Assembly: GCA_946965045.2 (NCBI GenBank)
Contig: OX337242.1
Coordinates: 496,001 to 560,000 of the forward strand
Direction: 5' to 3'
DNA length: 64,000 nt
Origin: Epithemia pelagica
Lineage: Eukaryota > Protista > Bacillariophyta
The notes under the pieces were generated by a model. That model was given only the letters and a program-made list of their open reading frames with translations. It searched no databases and was not told the origin of the DNA. This document shows, one piece after another, positions 10,793 to 21,960 of the stretch. Each line of letters begins with the position of its first letter. Position 1 is the stretch's first letter. A program made the position numbers and the translations under genes.

Positions 10793-12193
10793 TTACAAGT
10801 TGTATTTGCTTTGATAGGCTTCAATCATGGCCACAACGGTTCGTAACTGCGGGACGGGGATGCCCAATTTGTCGGCTCGTGTAATCGGTTCTCGAAACAA
10901 GTAGTGGACCTCCATGGATCGTCGATGCGTCAAATCCAACATGGTCGATGTCTTGTACGGTCCCATATTGTCCGACAAGTCCATCATTTGCTTCTTTTCG
11001 GCTTCTCCCAAGGGAATCCAGGCACTGTCCTGGTCGTTGGCCGCTCCAAACACGTGGGTCAATTCGGCATTGGCGGTGGCAATGGTCTCGTCCATAATGG
11101 CCACCGCCAATTGGCGCAATCCTGCATGAGTGACAATCTCATCCACCGTAATTCCACCCATGGCAACACTGATACCATTAAAGGGTAAATTCCATACCAT
11201 TTTCTTCCACCGACCTCGCAACAAGTTGGGTTCGTACGTAATGGGAACTTTGGACCCTTGAAACAAGTGTCGAAAGGCTTCTTCATCCTCCTCCTTACTA
11301 TTGGAGTTGCTGGTGGCGACCCCTGCTGCCAAGAGACCGGCGTACGTATGACTGATTTGTGTCGGAGAAAGACGATTGGAACAAATCAAGGCCATGCCAC
11401 CATACAAGGCCTGACAACACGAAAGGACTTGATTGTTTTTATTGTTTGGGTCAATCTCCTGTTTGGTTTTTTCTTGAAGCATCTGAATCAAGTCATCTTC
11501 AATCAACCCATTCATAATGACCAAAATGCGAGAGGATCCATCGTTCTGAAGGAGAGGAATCACCAAGTCTGGAATCACATGCAAGGCACTCGACTTGAGT
11601 GTCACAACAATCCAATCGGCCGATTGCATCTGAGACACGTCATCGTAAATGTGCCACTGCGACGAAGGAATCCGTAAATTGCCGTCAATCGAAGTCACTT
11701 GCAAGCCATGGTGTTCGTCGTCGTCGTCGTCCTCGACCAGTTTGGTGCCACCACTAATGCCACTCCGTCGTCGTTTGGGTTGGGGCAGTGTGGGTTTGGA
11801 TCGTGTGTAAAACTGCACGTCATGCCCGGCCTCCCACAAACGCGCTCCATAATATGACCCTACGGCACCTGCACCTACAATGGCAATCTTGTACTGTTTC
11901 TTCGTCCTGTCGTCGTCTTGTTTCTCCTCGGAATCTCCGTCGTCGTTCCTGTTGGTTGTTGTAGTAGAAGTAGTGGAGGCAGCCATGAAGCCAACCGTTC
12001 GGCCAATTCTCGTGGATCCAAAGAAACGATGAGTAATAGTGCTTGGGCCGTTGGTGATGGATCGGCAGTGGAGGAGCATTGGATCCAAACTTGTTGTGGC
12101 TGGCAGGAACTGCCAGGAAAAGGATTGAATCGATGTTGCCAACCAGATAACCAAGGCGCACTGCAACCACCACCAAGAAGAAGAATACTTCAT
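10793..12193 (-). CDS. Ketopantoate reductase (PanE/ApbA family) with signal/transit peptide
   Basis: Same motifs (GAGAVGSYYG, IMNGL, WKKMVWNLPFNG, TSTMLD, SMEV). The N-terminus MKYSSSWWWLQCALVIWLATSIQSF resembles a bipartite plastid presequence. Confidence 0.88.
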   Translation of the reverse strand: MKYSSSWWWLQCALVIWLATSIQSFSWQFLPATTSLDPMLLHCRSITNGPSTITHRFFGSTRIGRTVGFMAASTTSTTTTNRNDDGDSEEKQDDDRTKKQYKIAIVGAGAVGSYYGARLWEAGHDVQFYTRSKPTLPQPKRRRSGISGGTKLVEDDDDDEHHGLQVTSIDGNLRIPSSQWHIYDDVSQMQSADWIVVTLKSSALHVIPDLVIPLLQNDGSSRILVIMNGLIEDDLIQMLQEKTKQEIDPNNKNNQVLSCCQALYGGMALICSNRLSPTQISHTYAGLLAAGVATSNSNSKEEDEEAFRHLFQGSKVPITYEPNLLRGRWKKMVWNLPFNGISVAMGGITVDEIVTHAGLRQLAVAIMDETIATANAELTHVFGAANDQDSAWIPLGEAEKKQMMDLSDNMGPYKTSTMLDLTHRRSMEVHYLFREPITRADKLGIPVPQLRTVVAMIEAYQSKYNL

Positions 12194-12474
12194 GGGTTCC
12201 CCTGTGTTGCCGTTGTCTCGTCGTCTTGTATGTTCCGACAGAGGTTGAGAATGGAACAGAGAGATCGTCCGAAAGATCGTCCAAAATGTGCGACTCAAAC
12301 GATTTTCAATCCAAAGCACTTAGGTCGCTAAAAGGAGGTACGATCCGCGACCGGATGACAACCTCACATCTCGACGATGGTACATGCATAATGATGCAGT
12401 CTCTGGAGGCAACCGCTAGACGACGAACGGCCCGGTTCTATATGAATTACACCAATCACAACATTCACAACAGG

Positions 12475-13956
12475 ATGATTGCTTCAGCGTTGCTGCTGAT
12501 ACTTGTTGTTGTTGTTGTCGGGGGCCAAACTTGCCACGCGGCCTTTGTACGGACGACGGCACGAGTGGTTCCCTCCACCCGACCGGGGCCCCGCACTTTA
12601 TTGGAACAACCACAAGGACCACCACAAATGGCGCAACAACCTAAATCCACCACCACCACGTCTCTTCAGTCCATGAAGGATGGTATTGACTTGGAAAGCG
12701 TGAAAGAACAACTTTTGGAATACTTGGAAAAACGAAAAGAAGTGGGAGCGGATGAAATTGCCAAACAGTAAGTAACTTACCGCATTCGATTGGCGATGGA
12801 TCAAGGACGTTCAACACAATTGAGTTCGAAAGATCATCCACCAAAACCAGTTCCCAAGGGATTCGTCGTAAAGTCCTTTGACCGTTTGGGTAAGGTCCTC
12901 CATTGAAATGGGTTCACATCTCATCTCTCGTTGTGTCATCTATTTGTCCTCGCCTTTTCACAATACAACCAAACATAAACACACAGAGAAGTCGGAAAAG
13001 TGATTGGTGGTACCAAAGGCAATGTCGTACTCGAATTTGTCAGTGGCGCTCCCAATAAGGAACAAGTGTTGGAACGGAGTCCCAATGCCTTGGATTACGA
13101 CGAATTGACCAAGTATGGATACGGACATTTGGTCACGCCTATCATGAAACTAGGAGGACGATATGCCATGTACGAATTATTGGATTTGGATGCACCCGAA
13201 ACACCGGTTGTTGCACGAAAATCGGCACCGACCGAAATTGTCATTGATCGAACAGGAGAAAACGATCCCAAGCGATACAAGGGATTGAAACTGGGACAGG
13301 TATTGGATGATTCACTTCAAGGAGAGGCCTTGCAAAATGCCATGACGAAACAACAATCACAACCACAACAAGATGAACCGATTCCAACCGACATGGACAG
13401 TGCTGATACGGAACAACTCTCACTCCAAGAGGAATATGAGATTCCCTTTGCAGACAAGCGCAATGTGGGACCCCGTCAAACGCCGGATTGGACACCCGAA
13501 CGATTGGATGAATGGGGCAAGGCACAAGGTCGTGTTGAAGCCTGGGCTCGCAAGGCCAAGGCCGGAGAATTTGTGTCCGATCCCAATGAAGCTCTTGAGT
13601 TGACCTTGTCGCAACAATGCTTTTCCATACTTACAGCCTTGATTGTCACGACTGCCTTTGGAAAGGCCACTCCGGCCTTTTTGGTCAATCTCCTGCAAGT
13701 GGTACCCGACACAAGTGCCGCCGTATCCTTTCAACAAGTCTTGCAAGGGCCGGCCATTGGCTTGCTTGTCGCATCGGTGGGATCGGCCGTCTATTCCAAT
13801 GGACAAGCGAAAGCCAAGAACCGAAACACGACCGTGTGGAGTATCAAGGGATGGTTGGGTGGACCCTTTACCATTGCGACTCTTCGTAGTCTCGATCCAC
13901 TCCTGACACGACAAGAACAAGAACAAGCGAACAAAGCAACATCGATGGATCCATGA
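12475..13956 (+). CDS. Plastid-targeted hypothetical protein with C-terminal hydrophobic segments; intron 12768-12986
   Basis: Signal peptide ending CHA-AF. A GTAAGT...ACACAG intron joins ORFs 12226-12771 and 13000-13956 in frame (KQEVGKVIGG). Confidence 0.75.
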
Positions 13957-14057
13957 CCGATCCAGAAGCATTAGGAACTAGGACAGGGACTTGACATTCT
14001 ACTAGAGTGGGAGAAAAACTAGGAGACCGATGTTTGTAGGACAGTCCTCCTACTCCT

Positions 14058-16334
14058 ATGTGTCTAATGCAGATCGCTCCCTCATTCCTCATTCCCAACT
14101 CCAATCTCCATCCGACAACCCAAATAAGTTTTCCTCACAATTCAGTAATCGGTATCTTTGATAATAAGACAGTCGACATAAAAGCACAAGAGAGTTATCA
14201 GGTCACTCCCTCTGCGCCCATCGAAGAAGATGGCCGATTTCGCCCCGATACCGAAGAAAAAGCGTCCGATGACGAGCCCAAAGATGATGTTGTTGAACAC
14301 CAACAAACACTTTGTCCAAGCCCATTGATTTCGGCCACGCTGGTGGAGGATGGCACTCCAATCCACCGTCGAGCATATCGTACAACAGGCACTGCTCACA
14401 ATAGTACCAATTCTGTCAATCCTGACGAGGTAATTTTGGTCGATGCTCAGATTTGGGAACACTACACATCCCAGCAACGACGAAAACAAAACAAGATGAT
14501 GGACGACAAACTTGAACATGCCGAGGCCCAAAAGAAGCCAAATCAACGTGCCTTTCGGTTTGAACACGAGAATCGCAAAAGCAAGATCCAGTGGCTGATT
14601 GTGTTTGGTTTGATCTTGATTTCTTTGGCAGCTGTGGCTGTTGTATTTGTTTTCGTCGCACTCCGTTCTGGCAACAACGAAAAAGTACGACAACAATCGG
14701 ATATGGAGCTGCTGCTTGCGTCTCGTTATTCCATGGTTAACGGGACCGATTTCAAAGCTTTGGATGACGGCAATGATGAAGACGATTATGGACGTTACCG
14801 GATCAAAGCCCTTCGTTACGTCGAAGAAACATCGGTGGGAATGCCTGAGTGGAGAATTGGGCAGCGCTACGCTCTTGCTTGCATCTACTATGCAACAAGC
14901 GACGTTGTTGTCTCTCAATCAGACTTCTCAACCTCCTTCGCGCCAACATCGTTTTCCAGCTCATCCGATGCTAGTGAAGATGAGGACAACGAAGAAGATC
15001 ACAGCCAGGACAGTGACGATGAGGATGAAGAAGATCGCATTCTGGACAGTCACGATGAGGACAAAGAAGAAGATCACAGTCTGGACAGCAGTGATGATTC
15101 TGATGATGAGGATGGCGACGATGAGGATCATGAAAACGGTGCCGTACAGGAGTGGATAGAGAAGTGGGCAAACGGTGCTGATTCCATTAACGAATGTAAT
15201 TGGTTCGGAGTCCAGTGCAATATGAATGAAATTGATTCGACTGGCATGTATGGTAACGTAATCAAGATTGAAGTCCCAAACAATGGTTTGGCAGGTCCAT
15301 TTCCCTTAGAGGTTGCTCTTCTCAAGGACACCTTGGAAAGTCTTCGTTTGGCAAACAATCATGTCCTGCATTCATCCGCCATGACCTCAGACGAAGATTT
15401 GAATTGGCTGGGAGACATGTCTCAACTCAAAATCCTAGATCTGTCACAAACAATGTTTTTCAGTCACGAAGAGAGTGATGACGACGATGGCGAAGAGTAA
15501 ATAGGTCATGGCCTTCCGTCTTCTTTGGCAAAGTTGTTTCTTTTGGAGCATCTGGATCTCTCCCACTCGGCAATATCAGGTCCAATGGACGGGGCGATCT
15601 TTGAGGCAATGACCAATCTAGAAGTGTTGAAGCTTTCTGACCTCAACTTCCACAAAAGTCTTCTACCAGCTTCCCTCAAGTATCTCCCCAATCTTGAATA
15701 CCTGGACCTGTCCTCATCCAATTTTACAGGAGATTGGGATTTCTTGTCCTTTGATTCACCGTACGACAACGTTCCGTTTCCTGCACTGCAGCATCTCATA
15801 CTTGGAAACAATCCCGGAATTGGTGGCACCCTTCCAGGTCCATTGATTGCACTGATGCCTTCCACCACCCTCACAACACTGGATTTGTCGAGTTGCAGTC
15901 TGTCTGGTCCCATTCCTTTCTTGGAACTGGCCCAGATCGAGAACTTGCAAGAATTGTACTTGCAAGATAACTTTTTCAATGAGTCAATTACGGCCGCACT
16001 TGGAGATATGACCTCGCTGAGAGAATTGGATTTGTCGAGCAATCGCTTGACGGGCCCCATTCCACCGGAAATAGGCTCCTTGGTGAACCTGGAGCTTTTG
16101 TCATTGCATGGTAATTTGTTGACTGATGCCATTCCAGACGACATGAACAGTCTGACAATGTTGGTGGAGTTGACCCTTCACAACAATGACTTGATTGGAG
16201 TCATGCCCCAAGGGGTGTGCGTTGCAGCGAGTCAAACCACCACATTGACGGCGGATTGCGATCAAGGAAATGGTCAAGAAGAAGTGACTTGTGACATTAA
16301 CACTTGTTGCACATGTTGTGGGCCTGATTGCTAG
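14058..16334 (+). pseudogene. Diatom-type LRR membrane protein (TM + acidic insert + LRRs + Cys cap) with an in-frame TAA at 15498-15500
   Basis: TM segment WLIVFGLILISLAAVAVVFVFVAL; QRYALACIYYAT; ECNWFGVQC; multiple LxxLxLxxN repeats; terminal CCTCC. ORFs 14058-15500 and 15525-16334 share one frame. The true start is uncertain. Confidence 0.75.
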
Positions 16335-17158
16335 TTTTGGTAGCTTTGTGGAACAATAATAATGAGATGGAAACATAGTGAATCTCCCGTCCCATCCGAA
16401 GAAGCGAGTTTTTATTGACCATTCTCCGCTTGAAAGAACATGCCTCTGGTATTGGCTTCACTTATATCGGCACAATGCTTCAAACTTTAGTGAGATCCAC
16501 ATATCCTCCGACCATTCCCCGAATAGATCCATTATCCGTCGCCCTCCCGTTCAATGTATGTCATCATAATTTCTCCTCGGGTACGTTGTGGGGGGATTTC
16601 TCCAATCTTTTTCGAAACCAGAAAGTTTATGAATCTAGACGTGCAATCACATGGTTATCGAGCACGGTGATAAGAGTGAGTGTGATTTAGCTCCTTCAGT
16701 CCAAAGAACAGATCCCATCTGACTTGTTCATCATCAATACAAGGATCTCGAGCTTTCTGAATCGGATCAATGATATACTCGAAGCCAATGCAGGACCAAA
16801 GTCCACGTTGATGATCCCCCAAAAGTGCGAGCTTTTTGAAGATGCTCTTTGTCAGTGGCAATGACTGACAAAGAGCGTCTTCAAAAAGCTCACTATTGGG
16901 CGATCATCAACATGGACTGCAATTGTGGAAAGACCCAGTGTGAAGAACAAACAGGAACTCATTCTTTGCTTTAAGTGAACAGAAGTAGCGTGGTATGAGA
17001 TCTCCGACTGATCACAATGGTGATGCTCTGCGCACATTCCCGAAATTCTCAATTCGTGAATGAAACGATGATAGTTCTATGGTGTATGCATTGACTACCT
17101 CGAGAACAGTACCCTTCGGGATGGAACGGCTGAGTTCAGTGATCACGCAAAACGCAAC

Positions 17159-17520
17159 CAGAGTGTTGAGTGTTGAAGTTCTACTTGACTGTTTTACACT
17201 TTTAAGCTTAAATTAACAACTTTTAACTTTTTTCATGAAAGTCAAGTCAATTTCCAGCCGAGATCCCATGACTTTTCTCTTTTCTCAGTGAAATCAAGTT
17301 GGACAGCACCACATTTTCAACTTTGACTTAACGTTTTTCATTAAGTCAAGTTCTGAACTATGACCTTCCAACGTCAGCGTGAGCTGCGACTTCTACCATT
17401 ACTCGTACCTCGAATCGTGGAAGTCAATAATATCTTAGTTTCTGACTTCTGACTTTAAGTCGACTTTTCTTTCTGAAAAAGTAAAAAGTCAATTTGCAGA
17501 ACTTTTGTGGCAATTGAATT
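17159..17520 (+). mobile_element. Orphan left end of a hAT element related to 19206-26094
   Basis: Begins CAGAGTGTTGA and shares CAACTTTTAACTTTTTT and many AAGTC/GACTT motifs with the hAT termini. No partner end or TSD found. Confidence 0.6.
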
Positions 17521-17579
17521 GGAACTCCATTGTTCCTTTTTCAAGAATTTGTTGAGTTTGTGTGTTCCAAGATCTCTAG

Positions 17580-17751
17580 TAGAGGTCGGTCCCGCAACAG
17601 CTCATCTCTGCTAGAGTGCGCTGGAGAGGTCTCTGCTGGAACTAGGTATGCGCATCCGCTGGAGATAAGACTACCTGTGCTACCATGATAAAAATGCCTA
17701 GCTAGGGGAGTACTCCTAGTAACTACTCCTAGAGCACTTATCTTGGTGAGA
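17580..17751 (+). repeat. Dispersed repeat, copy 1 (copy 2 at 63685-63852)
   Basis: Shared blocks GCAACAGCTCATCTCTGCT, GTCTCTGCTGGA, AGACTACCT and CTACTCCTAG occur in the same order. Confidence 0.75.
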
Positions 17752-18467
17752 GCTTTCCTTTCCAGTGGTGGAATAGTTGCTTGGTCTCCAGCAGAATCTT
17801 TTTGTTTTGTTGCCATGTCAATATTATCTCCTTTCAAGAATACACTGATAGGTGTCCTCTTACAGAACCTTCATTTTGGGGGTGTGCTTCGGACTGCTAT
17901 CCATATTGCACTCTTCCACAGTTGAAGAGTCATCATTGTTATTGCAATCAGGCACTTTGGAAGGCTGTGTGGAGCAAATGAATCACACAGAGTGACCAGT
18001 ATGAAACAAACAAATGAGAAAGGATAAAAGTGACCAGTGCAGAGAAAAGACTACGGTGACTAACGTATACACGCAACAGAAAATCTTTGCTGGGGATTCT
18101 CTAGCGCTGGATCTCCAGCGCTGAAGATGCGTGACTGCTTACTGCCTACCGCAGAACCAAGAACTGACTTCAAAGTTAAAAGCTGAGTTGACTTCATTTA
18201 TGGGCTGCCAACCCGTAATTTGCAAATTCCTGACCCCCCATAGCCCTGGACCCCCCATTTAACTTCAGCGTACATCGCTCCCTCAATTTTTATCTGTAGG
18301 CTCTTGACCAACTATAGGGTTACCCCCACATTCCTCACTCCTCACTTTCAAGCCTTTCTATCGCAATGGCTCACATCTCACATAAGACGGGAGAGAATCA
18401 AAGAGGAGAAACAAGAGATACCACATGATGGGTATCGTAATTAGGGTTAAGGCTGCGCTTCGAAGCA

Positions 18468-19018
18468 TACAAGCTGAGTTCAGAGTTTACATCAACGACG
18501 TAGGCCCCTGTAGAATTTGTACCAGAGGAGTAATCCTCGATAGCGCTTCGCGTTTCTAATGTCCGACACGCGACGTCCTAGTGGTTGCAAGAAATATTTT
18601 ATTACCTTTAGTGTTATGTGTGATTTCTTCCGAACGCTAGATTTTCATCAAAAATTACGAAAAACAGTCGACTGTGTTGACCATGGTGGAGGGTCGGTGG
18701 AGGGCCGTCCCAACCGCGTACCTTGTTGCCGAGCTGTATCAAGGTGCCTAAGGGTGTTATTAGGCCATCACCAATGGGGCAACAAGGTATGCGGTTGGCA
18801 TCATCCCCAATGAAGTGATGATCGGACGCACCCCACGCACGATAGTCTCGTACAAAACGAAGTTTTTCTGGGGGAACGCGAGATTGTCGAGTTTAGGAAG
18901 CACTTTTCACATTAGAGGCATAATTATAAGGGCTATAGTAATTAGATGGCTGGCGTGATATACGTAGATTTCCTACTAAGCGCTACGTCGTTGACATTCG
19001 GCTTGAACTCAGCTTGTA
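18468..19018. mobile_element. Possible old MITE of about 550 bp bounded by imperfect inverted repeats
   Basis: TACAAGCTGAGTTCA-N9-TCAACGACGTAG (18468-18503) is mirrored at 18983-19018 with the same spacing. No TSD seen. Confidence 0.5.
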
Positions 19019-19786
19019 GCCTTTCTGGATTCTAGTTCATCCAACCCTTCTTTACACCCCCGATGCTGAACATGAACGTTACTATGAAATTTAATGATTG
19101 AAAATTGCCGGCCCCCAAAGTCGATTCATTTGCTTTGGATGATGGGCAGACGACTATGTCATTCATGACTGAATCCAAGACTCAGATCCAATTTGCGATG
19201 GATACCAGGGTGTTGAAGTTACAAAATAAAGATACAAACTCAACTTTTGACTTAAAGCGTACTCTTAGCAGAGATAACAATTCAACTTCACCTCCTCAAT
19301 TCAAAAAATGACTCTGTCCAACTTGAATATCTCTTGATTAGTCAATTATGCACATTCCACGAAAGAACTTCAAACTTTAAGTCAATCTCAGTATTTTCCC
19401 AACTTGAATTCAACTTATTACTTAAATTGATCCCATTCCTAGTAACTTAATTGTACAACTTAAATTCGAATTTGAAACGTCTCAACTCGACTTCCCCATT
19501 TTAAGTCATATTCTTTTCATAGCCGACTTAAATTCATGAAATAAGTCGACCCACAGAAAAGTCTGACTTGACTTTGTAAAGCGACTTAAGTCGGAAAAAC
19601 GACTTATTTGGAGCTACAAGTTCGACTTAACTGTCCGACTTTTCGATAAAACTTAGTCGCAACCACCCAACCACGCCTTAGGCAGCATCACTCATCACTC
19701 ACTCCCAACTCCCACCTCTCTCTCATACCTCGTACTCTCATAGCACCTCTCCCTCACCCATCATCAGCATACATGCACAATACACC

Positions 19787-21637
19787 ATGAAGATTATAGT
19801 TAACGGTCACCTTGAACCAGATCATTACCTTTCCCAAGTTCCACTGTCGCTATTACAACGGATTCTTAAACCAGAAGCTCGACTTGGAACCATCGAAATC
19901 CACCTTCATGTGAATGCGTGGTTGACGGACGTTGGAGGTTCATTAGCAGTCAAGAAAGGACACGGACTCAATTGCCGTTGTATACATGGGAGGTGTGTTT
20001 TATGTCGACCGTTCACAACATCACAAGCTACGACTGTGATTGTAAACCTTCTTGACCGTCACCTCCGAATGAATATACCCTTCAATACCTCGAGTGACAA
20101 TTGCATCGATAAAGAAACACTTGAGCTGACAACGAACTTCAAAGTCCATATTTCGCACATCAACCAAAATGAAGCATTTTCAGAATGTTGTAAATTTGTT
20201 TCCTCAAATTTGGTTCATTCCATAACTCCAAAGCATTCAGTGCGTCCATTCATTCGCTGCTGGTTCATCCGTACCAGGACAACGACACAATTCCATTTCA
20301 TGAACCACCCAACATGTTCCTTGACGAACAAATCAATTCCAATACACATTATCCTCAGTTTTATTGAGCTCTACATCAAGTCTCATTATCCTACTTCAAT
20401 CTCAACAACAGTCGAGGCCAAATCTGTGGACTCTGCCATCACACCTACGGACAACGAAGAAACGCTGTCAGTCAACTCTGAACCCACACCCAATCCTCTC
20501 CATGTTGTCACACCACTCCCCAACTTGTCACCGGCTATTCCGAGTAAGAGTCATTCCCACCAACTCAGAAAATCCCAACACCGACCCTTGAATCCATTTC
20601 TACGCCGCAATACACGACGAACTATCGTGTCACCGGCTATTCCGAGTAAGAGTCATTCCCACCAACTCAGAAAATCCCAACACCGACCCTTGAATCCATT
20701 TCTACGCCGCAATACACGACGAACTATCGCCCAGAAGACACAACTCCTACTATCTGGCTCCTCTGCAAAGCAAACAATCAACTACTATGATGTCTCCACG
20801 CGTCATATACCTGGAACAACACCCAAATATTCGCCAATGGCGAATATCAAATTCCCAACACCACAAAGGCAATTTACGGACACAACCAGAGAGTCACTCC
20901 TTTCTATATACGACGATCTCTGTGCTTTTCATTTGTCACTGGTATGTCAAGATGAATTTTCAATGCCCCGTGATTCATGGGAGCAATGGATCGATCTCTC
21001 TTTTGAAGAAGATGATGGAACATACGACCGAGCCTTCATGTGTCTCATTGTAATCATAATGAGCTCAAGTACGTCAGACCAACAACTATCTTTGCTTGTT
21101 CCCCGGCTATTCTTTGCTGGGTTGACGTCCGCTACTGCCGTGATAGATTTCGTCTCTTTATACGGGATGAACGTGCTTTGTTCGTTATTGACGTCCACTG
21201 GCCGGTTCTATCAGAATGCGGAACGAATAACGAACGCAGCTGATCATTTTATTCAAAAACACAACGGCAGGATTCCTTCCGACATTTCGGTTATCGAACT
21301 CGCTTCATTATTTGGCATTGGCTACAAGACAGCCAACATTGTCGTTACTTATGCATTCGAAAGAGTGGACGGTATTCCGTCCGATATCCACGTTATACGA
21401 TGGGCCAATCATCTTAATTGGGTCCCCAAAACTTGCAGAGATGGATTTGAATGCTCAAAGTACATTGAGTCATGGCTGCCCGTCGATAAATGGGGTTCAG
21501 TCAACCCTACTTTTGGGTCGCTTGGACAAATGATTAACACACGCAACTCCAAGCTAATGGATGTACTACATTCAGAGATTGTCTCACCCAATGTGAGAAA
21601 ATGTGTTTCTCAAATCCTCAAGGAATATGGTCGCTAA
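19787..21637 (+). CDS. Endonuclease III-like HhH-GPD DNA glycosylase/AP lyase with a long unrecognised N-terminal extension (616 aa)
   Basis: MSSSTSD (cf. LSAQTTD), HhH motif LASLFGIGYKTANIV with the catalytic Lys, GIPSDIHVIR with the catalytic Asp, and IESWLP...W. No C-terminal 4Fe-4S cysteine cluster. Confidence 0.85.
   Translation: MKIIVNGHLEPDHYLSQVPLSLLQRILKPEARLGTIEIHLHVNAWLTDVGGSLAVKKGHGLNCRCIHGRCVLCRPFTTSQATTVIVNLLDRHLRMNIPFNTSSDNCIDKETLELTTNFKVHISHINQNEAFSECCKFVSSNLVHSITPKHSVRPFIRCWFIRTRTTTQFHFMNHPTCSLTNKSIPIHIILSFIELYIKSHYPTSISTTVEAKSVDSAITPTDNEETLSVNSEPTPNPLHVVTPLPNLSPAIPSKSHSHQLRKSQHRPLNPFLRRNTRRTIVSPAIPSKSHSHQLRKSQHRPLNPFLRRNTRRTIAQKTQLLLSGSSAKQTINYYDVSTRHIPGTTPKYSPMANIKFPTPQRQFTDTTRESLLSIYDDLCAFHLSLVCQDEFSMPRDSWEQWIDLSFEEDDGTYDRAFMCLIVIIMSSSTSDQQLSLLVPRLFFAGLTSATAVIDFVSLYGMNVLCSLLTSTGRFYQNAERITNAADHFIQKHNGRIPSDISVIELASLFGIGYKTANIVVTYAFERVDGIPSDIHVIRWANHLNWVPKTCRDGFECSKYIESWLPVDKWGSVNPTFGSLGQMINTRNSKLMDVLHSEIVSPNVRKCVSQILKEYGR
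20526..20729 (+). repeat. Exact 102-bp (34-aa) tandem duplication in the glycosylase linker
   Basis: SPAIPSKSHSHQLRKSQHRPLNPFLRRNTRRTI occurs twice; the frame is preserved. Confidence 0.95.
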
Positions 21638-21696
21638 TTGTCACTACTAAGTATTATTTCCTAACTGTGGTTCATTGTCTTCCTTTCTTTGTTTTT

Positions 21697-21960
21697 CTTG
21701 TCGTTCTTATTCTGATTGTGATTGTTGTTTGCTGTCTTTCGTTCTTGGATTCTTGTCGTTCTTATTCTGATTGTGATTGTTGTTTGCTGTCTTTCGTTCT
21801 TGGATTCTTGTCGTTCTTATTCTGGTGGTAATTGTTGTTCGCTGTCTTTCGTTCTTGGATTCTTGTCGTTCTTATTCTGGTTGTGATTGTGTTTCCTTGT
21901 CTTTCTTTCTTTGATTCCTGTCGTTCTTATTCTGGTTGTGATTGTGTTTCCTTGTCTTTC
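21697..21960. repeat. About five tandem 55-nt units between the convergent glycosylase and transposase genes
   Basis: CTTGTCGTTCTTATTCTG recurs at 21697, 21752, 21807, 21862 and (CCTG variant) 21917. Confidence 0.92.

Noticed and set aside
21697-21960. CRISPR-like array
   Set aside because: The units are contiguous tandem copies with no unique spacers, there are no cas genes, and the context is eukaryotic.
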